A stretch of 62,683 nt of DNA, counting the filler, from Choristocarpus tenellus KU-1152 (taxonomy: Eukaryota > Protista > Phaeophyceae): NCBI GenBank assembly GCA_964200185.2. It is 11 parts of 11 records of this genome, joined end to end, with 100 filler letters (N's around TTAATTAATTAA, not from the genome) between each part and the next. Parts side by side here need not be neighbours in the genome. Positions count along the whole stretch, not along the records: positions 49,061 to 59,758 come from CAXNAD020002774.1; positions 59,859 to 62,683 come from CAXNAD020024422.1; 9 more parts are not named here. One strand, given 5' to 3'. The position numbers and the translations under genes are program-made. Below, piece after piece: positions 52,201 through 62,683 of this stretch (positions within the stretch are counted from its first letter, which is position 1; each line of letters starts with the position of its first letter). The notes beneath the pieces were generated by a model, which had not been told where the DNA came from, ran no database searches, and worked only from the letters and a program-made list of their open reading frames with translations.

Positions 52201-55200
52201 GGTCATCCCCATCCCTCTTTTGGATACTATCAGCAGCTGAGGGATATTGACACCAATATAAGTATGACGTGCACTATTACTACTACTACCACTACTACCA
52301 CCACCATTACTTCTTACTACCCTGCTGAAGGACGGAGGGGAAGCAGGGTGGGACTCATCAACTCGAATGAGTTCACGCTGGTGTTGTGCACCTGCATCGG
52401 CTGTATAGCTAAACAGGAGCTAGAGCAACGGCACTGCCTCCACTTCGCGATATCATCAAATATCCCTTGTTTCCAGCCACCTTGCTGCTCACCATTTTAC
52501 CACCTTTCTAAGACTGTCGTAGTTGGTCACTATGAAAAGATCATACTTCGTGCTACCATCAATAAAGTCGAGCTATTTTATCAAGAGAGCAAAGAATCAT
52601 TCATGGAAAGAAAAAGATTGTAAAGTAGGAGCGAGATTTTCTATCAAGAGGATAATATGGCTTGTAGGAAACATGAACATGAGTATCAATAGAAGGGTCA
52701 TTTTGTGTCACCACCTTGAGACACTAGGACACAGCACCGGCTTACGGATGCCAAGCATATGAAAATGTTGTAAAATACAGTATAGGTCTCCTGCACTATT
52801 CAGCAAAGGCTCTTTCTGCACTTGTAGAAAATGGAAACTTTTCACCCTTTCTCGGGGTACTTAAAGTGCGAAATGCAACCCTGATTACCTCTGAATTGGT
52901 TTGACTCAAAAAAGGAACTCTTACACAGCGGAACAGGAAAACCGGACTGATATGGAACTAGCAGAAAACATCCACACTTTTTTCCCGGTGCTTGCCTTCC
53001 CATTCCAGCTAGACTTCGCCCACGGAGCAAGTACGCCTCTGGTCTTTTGGAGTTTATTGCAATAGTGGCGGTGAAATCCTGAAATATAGTAGTGATTGAT
53101 TGTTGTTTAGGGATACACATATGGTTGGGGAAGAGATAGGATGATCACAGTGCAAGGGTCATATTTACTGTACAATAGCCCTCAATGTGAAACCCCCACC
53201 ACAAGCATATTGGAAACACTCTGCCAGATCTAGCTCCTTCTTGACCCTTCTCACCAATGCATGCGACTCTAGAATATTCTCTACGAGGAGAATATATCAT
53301 TCGTACTGGTTGATGGAGAAACGTAGGGGACGTTGGTAGCGTTAAGTCTCCCACATCAATGATCACATCCCTTTATTGAAACCCCACTCCAGTATCTTTG
53401 CAGAGCACATTAGCAGTCACAAGTCATTGATTTGTCTCTTGCTCTTCACTCTTGAGGGTCTCACAAAACGAATCATTTGGGCTCACACAAACTGCCGCGA
53501 AACTCGCGACCAAGAGCCCGAAATAAACATAACAAAATTCGATCGTGCAGTAGGAACATTCTCGGCCCTTGCCACCCCATCATTAGGTACATTTCCTCTT
53601 CCAATCAGTGCCATTGTGTTAAGTTGCTTCGAAAGATATGTAGTGCATACTAGGCAAAGGTATGGCATCATGATATGTATATATATATATTTGTACACAG
53701 TGATGGTATACAAAACATTAATAGCCTTTCTTATTTCTAGTGCTACAGTTAATCAGAGTGAAAAAATATCAGAGCAACCAATTTGAACACATGGTAGAAC
53801 GCTTAGTCCTTCACTGGATACCTGATGAAGGAAGCGTGTGACAGCTGAGTGTTCTAGAGCCTTGATGTGGTAGACTGTGGTCAATACCCTATCCATTACT
53901 CCACTGGGAATAACACAATCCCTGAAGCTATTCTACACCTTGATAGCATCTTCCCATTGCCTCAGGTCATGCTTAATCTGCCCTCGCAACTGAAAACGCT
54001 GCACATCCTCCGTGCAGCAACCCATGAGTGCCTGGTGCGCTAGGGGTAGCGCCTCCAAAGGTCTCCCAAGTTTGTACAGGCACACTGCTGCCTTGCTTGC
54101 GCGATGAGTGGAAACAATCAAGTGAAATGGGTTGACTAAGTTGGGACAATGTGAGGGGTGAGAGAGGGTATGGTGGTGAGGAGCTATGGTAGTATCACCT
54201 CCACGAAATTCCAAAGTTTATTAAGGTGCAGTGCTAGCTTGCAGGCTAAGTAGGATGGGGTGAGGCAAGCCGGGCATTTTGGGAGGGGGAGGGATGATTG
54301 CTTGTTCACATATCTTGGTGTATGAGACTTCGCTGGTGTATCAACAGAGACTCCCTCCTTCCACTCAATGTAGGATCAGCTCTATCCTTCTGTCTTTCGA
54401 AAAAATTATGTCAAGTGATTGGAAATTCACTATCAATTTAAGGACTGCTTCTTCCCAACTCACTTGTTCGGATGAAATCAAACAATAGCTCAGCAGCACC
54501 ATCAATAGAGTTCTCTTTGCATGGCCTGGTGCGTGAGTTGAACCAAGTCAAAGTAGAATTACCACGATTGAACCCTGCGTCTCTCTTCATCAATAACATT
54601 TCTTTCTGTCTTCGGAAATGCTACTTCACTTCATTTAGGTGACCTGCTGCACTGTCCCCATGAAATAAAAAAGTGGACGAGCTGATTATAGCAGACTTTC
54701 CGACCCAGAGCTTATCATTTCCCCTTGTTTCCCCTTCAGTCCCCCAAAACCACTCGCCTCAAATTGGCAGGATGCTGGGTCAGCCACCGCAGCATCAGTC
54801 CGATTTTTTTCCCTAGGGCGGCGGGTGCAGGGGTGTATTTGAAATCGGGGAAATGGGTACTATTATGTATTACAAAATTGCAACAGATATACCGGGAGAG
54901 CTATGAGGAATTAGCCATGCATACATACCGATCACTCAGTAGATTCGGTCCAATTTCAGACTTCATCATGACGGTGTAAGTACTCCAACGTACCTATTTT
55001 TTTCTTCTGTTGCATGAAAGTCAAAGTATCTTAGAGGGCAAAGCCATGTCCATTTGGGGGCAAAAATCAAATGCTGCGATTTTGATATATTTTTAGTTAT
55101 CATGTTTGTTAGGAAATGTCAATATCCTTGTTTCCGACACACCTTTTCATAATGTATACACTTTATCTGCTCTGAAACATTTCTGAGTAGGAAAAAGTCG

Positions 55201-58200
55201 TAAAAAACCCCGTGGGAAGCCAAGCCCCAAACAGATAAACAGGGCAAAACTCGTGCCCTCTAAGATACTTTCACTCATGACTCCGATTGTTGCTCAAACG
55301 GTTTTGGGTTGAAGATTGAGGAGGTAGGACACACAAAAGATGTGAATTATAGCAAAAATAGCAAAGCTAATATAAACAGTGCTAACAGGGACATAACAAT
55401 AATAAAAATATGAACAGCAATTACAAAGACAGTGACAATGCTACAATTTAGGGGAGAGAAACATCATGCAAAAAAAGGATCGATTTTTCTTTTTTCTCAA
55501 TGGAAGGCACCATAGAAGCTGATCAGAGCAATAAGCCCCACATCCCTTTCCCATCCATATCACTCATGATATAGATTGTGACACTGAATGTTGGAGCCAG
55601 CCTCCACCCGCTCTCCAATATCCTTTACCTTGGTGTAATTGGCTTCCCATCATAGCCAAGTGCACCATGTCCTATTCCATCTTCAACCAGTTCACCCCCA
55701 TCCATCGCCACCTTTGCACTGTTGATAGGACTAAGAGCACCACTAGTCTTGCTCTGGGGCAGGCTCTGGAGCAGGGTACTGGGGGCCCTGTGTGGTAGTA
55801 TGCCACCTCGTCCTGTGTCACGGGTGATGTTTTCAGTTCCATTTTTGTTGTCAAAACCACCAAGGAGTCGCAAGAAGTACTCAAGGGCCCGTTCACATTC
55901 TCCCATTCTGGAGCAGAGGACACCCTTCACACAAGTAGGGAGGAGAGGTGTGAAGTGAAGAATATTGATGAACCCTAACCCTTGGCGTTGAGAGAGGAAG
56001 CTAGGAGGCACGCGCAGTTGCAGGTGTCAAGCTATACATTGCATTACAACAATTGAGGTGTGAATGGGGGAAGTAGGGCTCCAGAATGTGGCACATCACC
56101 AAGTTTGCTAAGGAAATTATATATATATATATATATGGGTGACTAGAGTTGGAGGGATTGGTAGTGAGTGTGGCAGAGTGAGGTGTATCACTAACAGTAT
56201 GAGGTAATACTTCATCAATATTTTTTTGTTTTTCATATTATTTTGTTTGTTCACTGTTGACATACTACTAACTACACCATGGAGATAAGCTAACATTACT
56301 TTTTCAACGGACTCTTAACATTCTTGATTTCCACTATCATCATATACATATATTTGTATCATGACAATGGATAGATATCTTATGAGATGACACAAGAAGA
56401 GATATACGATGTCAATTTTTTTTTTTTTAGTGCGCCTAAAAGAACGCTCGTTTCACGTGCTGATGATATTTAAGCCTCAGTTTATCCTTGCACCAACATG
56501 AGCTGGCGCAAAGGCTGTAGTGGTTTGTGATTGTTGCTCTCGTCTCATCTTTCTTGATCAAATCATCTCTCTTCTGAGGTTGACCATCTCTAGTGCTAGC
56601 GCCTCAGAATGACCTTACTTCCTGAGTCATATCAGTACAACACATTTCAATAGTGAATGAGGGATGGCCTCCAAGAAACATGAGAAAGACTTGTAAAAGA
56701 GGCCTCTTCCCTACCATTGTGTAGAGGAACTCTGGGTTGTTGGGCTCCATTTCCATGGCCTTCTCAATGTCCTGTGAATATGATGTTTTCGTGGTGATAG
56801 GCATGGAAGCGGAAGAGAGTCAACACAAACAAGAGGTATCCAGGTATTGACTGTTTTGCAGTATAAGCCATTTATTAAATCTTCTGTAATTCACCATTTC
56901 TATGAATGAAGTTCTAGGTTTGACTGAAGGGCGTTTGTGTCACTATTGTTTGAAACGTTTCCGACACAATTCAGGAAATATCCAGCACAAATTTGAAAAA
57001 AAGAGTGAAAGTGTCTTAGAGGGTACGATTTTTGCCCTGTTTGTCCGTTTGGGGCTTGTCTTCCCACAGGGTTTTTTTATGACATTTTCCTACTCAGAAA
57101 TGTTTCAGAGTAGATAAAGTGTATACATTGTGAAAAGGTGTGTCCGGAACAAGGATATTGGCATTTCCTAACAAACATGATAACCAAAATTACATCAAAA
57201 TTGCAGCATTTGGTTCTTGCCCCCAAATGGACATGGCTTTGCCCTCTAAGATACTTTGACTCAAAATTCGGATGGTTGCGTAAATTTCTCGGCATCCATA
57301 ATCTACAACTCTGGGTAACTCTCGTTTTACTTTGACTCAGAACTGGGTACAGGCACTTTTGCGTTACAAATGCTAGAAGAAAAGAAAAAGGAGCCACAAA
57401 GATAGTGAACGCAGTAGCGCATGTTGTTCAGTTCTTATATACACTCTGTCATGTTCCGGTTCGAAAAAAACACACAGAGCCCTCTCCACTAGCATACAGA
57501 GAGTCAGATTATCTTAGAGGGTAGGGCCGCGTCTATTTGGGGGTCAAAGTCCAATGTTGCGATTTTGATGTAATTTTGGCTATCGTTTTTGTTAGTGAGT
57601 GTCAATATTCTTGTTCCGGACACAACTTTTCATAACGCATACGTTTTACCTACTCCAAAATATTTTGGAGTAGGAAAATGTCATTTAAAAAAAACCATGG
57701 TTAGCCAAGCCCCAAATGGACAAACAGGGCAAAACTTGTTCCCACTTGGTTTTCCGCACCTTGTGCATGCGGTCGTGGGTGCAGGTAAAAAATCTTTGTA
57801 GGAGGGGCCATATCAACAGGATTTAGTATACATTGCTGCAGTCAATAGTTACCTAAGTAATCTGCTTGGTTATAGGTCTGTCTTCTCATATATGAAAATA
57901 TTGTATTGCAGTATGTTTTTTTGGGATCGATGAATGGGGGATCTAGAAAGAAGTGACTTTTTTGTGTGCCTGATTGAGTAATGGCTTGTCTACCACGTTG
58001 AGCCAATGCAATCAAAGTAGTTCGTCTTTTGCAAGAGGCAACATTTACTGCACAATTGAATAGCATGCTTTTTTTCTATTTTGAGCTCTAAGATACTTCC
58101 ACTCAGAAGTAGAACCAACACAGTCACACTCACCTCGAGTGCCGCAGACATTTCCACATGGTTCTGGCACCTCAATGCAGTCCTAGTCCTGGCCTTAGCT

Positions 58201-58293
58201 CGAAAGACGAAATGCAGTCCGTTATTCCCATCACTCAGGTGGATTGCTTCATTGAAGTCACAGAGAGCGCCCTCATTATCGCCAACCTCGAAC
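49272..58293 (-). CDS. TPR-repeat protein, partial multi-exon gene
   Basis: Exons 58293-58134, 56771-56715, 55924-55629, 54091-53939, 53078-~52996, 52033-51752, 50945-50750, 50377-50127, 49439-49272, probably with others. Repeated A..DF..AI, Y..RG and A..F..AL TPR motifs. Confidence 0.85.
49847..49981. mobile_element. Internally deleted MITE (135 bp) in a TPR-gene intron
   Basis: Both TIRs present, centre missing. Confidence 0.8.
55018..55276. mobile_element. Sola2-like MITE
   Basis: TIRs and ATGA/ATGA TSD. Confidence 0.9.
57003..57262. mobile_element. Sola2-like MITE, inverted relative to 55018-55276
   Basis: TIRs and AAAA/AAAA TSD. Confidence 0.9.
57501..57745. mobile_element. Sola2-like MITE, right end damaged
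   Basis: Left TIR and internal consensus present. Confidence 0.8.
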
Positions 58294-58674
58294 CTGGCTC
58301 ATTGTTACAGATATGGAAAGGGGGGGGGGAGACGGGTATGGCACAAGTGGAGTTTGGGAGGGTTGCGATAGATGTGTTGATAGATGTGTTGATATATATA
58401 TATGTTGATAGGTGTGTTAAGCGTTAGAAGTCTACAGTTGAGGGCAGTGATGTTCACATTGAGTAGTACATAGACAAAGTTCAAAGTTTGTTGAAGAAGG
58501 GGGTAAAACTTCCTTTTTGGCCTGTTTTGTTTGCAATGTTGTTTCTCAATGATGACTAATGAAATCTTTATGTCATCACCGATTTGATCCAAGTCAGAGT
58601 ACACCTCTGGGGCTCCGGGCAGTTCATCTGATTTTACGTCAATCTGGCTTCTTTCATACTGCGTTTAGGGCTAT

Positions 58675-58790
58675 TTCTTGTTAGGGTTAGGGTTGAGGTT
58701 AGGGTTGAGGTCGGGGTTGAGGTTGGGACTGGGGTTGTGGTTGATTAGTGGTTTTTGTTTGGGTTGGAGTAAGGGTTGGGGTTGGGGTTG
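58675..58790 (+). repeat. Degenerate interstitial TTAGGG-like repeat
   Basis: ttagggttagggttgaggttagggttgaggtcggggttgagg... Confidence 0.65.
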
Positions 58791-59858
58791 TCATTCACTA
58801 ATCTCCTCTGAATCGGTTCTTACTGATTCATAGTTTGACACCTTGCAAATTGTATTTTCTTTTTCCTGGCCAATGAAATGTAGTCCTGTCCTTACGAATC
58901 AGGACCAGGGGTTGAGAAACCACAGCACATTTCTTCACAGGTAGACAAAATAGTATACTGGTAATGATTTGTAAGGCAGAGGGCCCTCCCTATTCATACT
59001 ATCTGAACCCTTAATATTCCTGAACAATCAACTATTCTCTGTGTACGACCTGGTGATTAGACCGTCAAGCCGAAATAGGTTACAGTAAAGATACTTATCT
59101 TGTGCATAAGAACCTGTTCATGTTTTTTTTTTTAAGCATTCACCCGGAAGTTGAGCTGAGCTAAAAAATAGATAATGAATCTTTCGGTGTGATGTGATAG
59201 ATGATCTACTTCAAGAGTTGCAGGTAAAAAAAGAAGAATGAAACTCTCGAACACCTGCTAGTCCTAACCCTAGATTCGATGACAGCACACATGTTGAATC
59301 AAAATACTGATAAACATACGCATGCCGTGACACACAGTTGGAGTTAGGGCTAGGGTAGATATTGAACCTGTTATCAGAACACAGTATTTGAAGAAGGATC
59401 ATTCAGTGCATTTATGAAATCAGAGTTGCCTGTTGTACCCAAAACAGTTGGCAAAACACAGGGGAAATGTGATTATTAATTCATTCAGCAGTGGAAAATT
59501 CTGAATAATGTTCTAGGTACACAAATAATGTGTGCTTGCTACAAGCTATTTCCAGACTCTTGACCAGTACGAAAGGAATGCAGCTGTTGGACTAGGGACC
59601 ATCATCTTTCAAATTTAGTGCGACTTTTTGGATCAAATTTCGAACAGGAAAAGTAGAGTGCTTTCGGAGTATGATTTATTTATTTTTCTTTGTCATAGCC
59701 TGGGGCAAAGAAATGAAAAACATTGTGCAGTACGATAGGGCCAAAGTATCTGAAGGGGNNNNNNNNNNNNNNNNNNNNNNNNNNNNNNNNNNNNNNNNNN
59801 NNTTAATTAATTAANNNNNNNNNNNNNNNNNNNNNNNNNNNNNNNNNNNNNNNNNNNN

Positions 59859-59889
<31 letters not shown>

Positions 59890-60274
59890 GTGTAGAGAGG
59901 GGTTGAAGGTGCGTTCAGTAGTGAACAAAAATGTCTGGTGCAATGAGAGGGAGTAATTTTATAGCAGGTCCAGTAGTCGTAGAAAATCTGACAGATTTCA
60001 GGTGTTGGATGGGGTTTCTAGTTCAATGGGCTGTGGTACAGATAGAGCACGGTATTGCTGGGTGATATTATGTGTAGTTAATATTGTTAATTCGGGGGTA
60101 CTGCTTTTCTCGTTGTTTCCAGACTTGCTCCAATCTTCCCCATTACATTCCAATTTCACGATGATAGTAGCAATAGTTTTGTGTTCGTGTGTGCACTGTT
60201 GTGTTTTGCTGTGCAGGCATGGTGAGATGCATGCATCCGTTGGTCCGAAGTACACAGAAGAATTTTGTACCAAG

Positions 60275-60305
<31 letters not shown>

Positions 60306-60490
60306 TATGCACGTAGAGGTGGAAATTTAGGTGCATGTAAATATTATGCACTCAATATATGTACATGCATAGAGATACAAATTTTCTGATATCACATCAC
60401 ACATGTTACCCATACAATCAACACACACACACACACACACACACAAGTAAGTATGATACAAATTCCTTACTAATGCATGTGTGTACCTAG

Positions 60491-62123
60491 GAGTACACAA
60501 CTGATGCCAGTCAGAGCAGGATCACGAGGTCTGCAGATGTCATCAATGTGGAGTGGCACATGAGCATTGACTTCAACGTGCTTGCCCTTGGGAACGACCT
60601 TCGGGTGAGGCTGTGTGAAGGACAAGGACTTTGGTTTCACCATCATCACGTTGAGAGGATTGATTGCACTTTTTTTTTTAAATCGGCGAAGACTGCGGGT
60701 AATGGGGATGAGAACTTAGGGAGGAAGGCGTATGTTTTTGTGGAGGTTGGAACGATCGGATGTGGTGTACATACTCTGGCATGGTGTGTGTATTTGGCAA
60801 TACGTACCACTTGAAAGGGGGGGTTTTTCCTTATTTTTTGGACAACAGTTACACCTTTATTCTCTTCTCTTTTTTTACTACTGGCGTTTCCTTAGTGGGG
60901 ATTTCATCCTTAAGATACCCCGCCCCCACCCCGCCCCCGCCCCCCTCTCCTCTAAACATACACAATGCTTGCCATATTTTTATTTCTTGCATGGGACGTG
61001 TGTGTGTGTGTGTGTTGGGGGTTTTTGTAGGTGAAGGTAGTGGATTCGCACAACTTGAGGAAGGACCGGGTCATCGGTCAGGTGGTTGTCCCCTTGAGCA
61101 GCCTGATGGAGGGATTGAGGGCAACGCCTTCGAGAGATGTGTGGTATGTTCATTCTCTTTTTTTTTAGCTGTTGTTTTTGATTGTGTCAGGCTGTGGGTG
61201 TGTGTAAGTAGTTGATCAGCATTTACCACGTAAGAGTGTGGAGGGTTTGCATTGATCTCTTTGTATGTATGTACTATGTATGTATGTATGTATGTGTATG
61301 TTGGTCAATAGTAGAAGAATGTGCTTGTTTGAGCATAAGTGTATTGAGGTGAATGTGTACTTGAGCTTTGGGTTGGGATGTTGAATGCCTTGTTGAGCAG
61401 TGGAAGGCGTTCTCATCGGATGTAAAAAGGGAGGTGGAGATATTACTATGGAGTTTCAGGGCGTCGTTGGCGTGTTTTGCATCATCTAGGGAATCAAACT
61501 GTGAGGCAGGATGGGGGTTAGGGTTTTTGTAGTAGCCCACCAAACGACATACTTCAGTGCTGATACGAAGCACTGCTGTTGTGGTTTTTGAGAATGATTT
61601 TGAACCAATTGTGTTTGTTTTCGTGAGGCTCCTGTTCTCAAGCAAGAGAGAGCTCTGTCTGTTGTGCTTCTAATGGAGTGCCAACTTCAAAATACACTGT
61701 AGGAAAGGCAGACACTGGGAAGCACTTTGGGGAGGGATGAAGAGAGGGATGGGAGGGAGTACATAAATATACCACAGGCGGGAGGAAGTATCATTTATCT
61801 GATTTACAAAGCTGTGCTATTCCCCTTGTTTTAAAAATTGTCTATAAACATTGCATCTGCCCTGTACATGAATTGATATTTGCTCATTGTACACTCCTTG
61901 GGTGGACCAAGGGAGGGGCTGGGGCGGGGGGTCACCATAGCTACGTGACCACACCAAGGTTGCCAGGCCAAACTCTCTCCTCTGGTTGACGCACCCGATA
62001 TGAATTAGATGTATTTCAATTCATGGACCAAAAGAAATTCACAAGGAAGAACTAGTGCATGAACAAGAACATGCGCTCAGTCTAATGTGGGCACTATAAA
62101 GTTTTTGTGGTCATTGGGAAGGC

Positions 62124-62167
<44 letters not shown>

Positions 62168-62615
62168 CATACTGCGTAATGTGCTTACTGTCATAACTCT
62201 AACCCTAACACTAACACCAAGTGATTGATGATTATACTAACTACATACTCCATTCACATGCCACCGTGTCATCCCAGTACCGGTTCTTGTATGGCCCATC
62301 TCTGCAGCCCTACCCGGACGTGGTCGGCATTGCAGCCGCATGCATTGAAACCCTGCCGACTAGCTTGACCTTAGAAGTGTGACTCTCAAAGCCTTCCACT
62401 CTACTGTGCTGTGTTCCAACAAAGGTATGAGGTGTTGCCACCCGTTGGTCCAACTCCCCAGAACCGACATGGGCAGTATCGTACCGCCATGAGAGGTACC
62501 AGGACAGAGGGGTTTGGACTGCCACGCCCTGAACGGCCCCTGGGCTTCCTGCACATCACCACAGAGTTGCGTCTTGCTGGCTCTGTTGCTCCGCTGCTGT
62601 ACCTCTCCCCACAAG
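60491..62615 (+). CDS. C2-domain protein, partial multi-exon gene
   Basis: Phase-compatible exons 60491-60604, 61031-61143 and 62425-62615: ...NVEWHMSIDFNV..GNDLR|VKVVDSHNLRKDRVIGQVVVPLSSL...W|YEVLP...LGFLHIT. Confidence 0.8.
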
Positions 62616-62683
62616 GTAGTAGCATGGGGAAGGGTATATTCTAAGTAGGGGGGAGGGGGGGGGGCTTCAGAACACCAGGCATG

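Noticed and set aside
6884-57801. Recurring short ORFs with FVRKCQYP / PKWTNRAKLVPSK peptides as a protein family
   Set aside because: Chance translations of the non-coding MITE, broken at different places in each copy.
58675-58790. True telomere
   Set aside because: Short, degenerate and internal to a contig.
3365-59858. Repeated TTAATTAATTAA flanked by Ns as a biological repeat, and gene clustering across these spacers
   Set aside because: Artificial contig linker. Genes such as the SDR break at it, so order across spacers is not evidence.

Overview
Eukaryotic, intron-rich, repeat-rich DNA, probably a stramenopile such as a brown alga or relative (inferred from gene style and repeat content). 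It is 11 short contigs joined by artificial N-TTAATTAATTAA-N spacers, so adjacency across spacers is unproven. Spliced genes rebuilt by hand: complete sigma-like glutathione S-transferase, MED8, a calmodulin-like EF-hand protein resembling outer-arm dynein light chain LC4, and a 10-exon NOP56; partial MFS transporter, SDR, TPR and C2-domain genes. Repeats: about 15 copies of a ~258-bp Sola2-like MITE with 4-bp TSDs, a related poly-G-terminus family, CRE-like RLE LINE fragments, a DD39D mariner relic, a TTAA-flanked long inverted repeat, and a tRNA-Val(TAC) with a decayed duplicate. Best lead: three box C/D RNAs in NOP56 introns. One carries a U37/SNORD37-type 28S guide and one is an orphan. 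The third (intron 2) is self-complementary and contains a strong internal 5' splice site just after an in-frame stop codon. It is a candidate snoRNP-sensing splicing/NMD autoregulatory switch analogous to human NOP56/SNORD86. All calls were made by eye, with no searches run.
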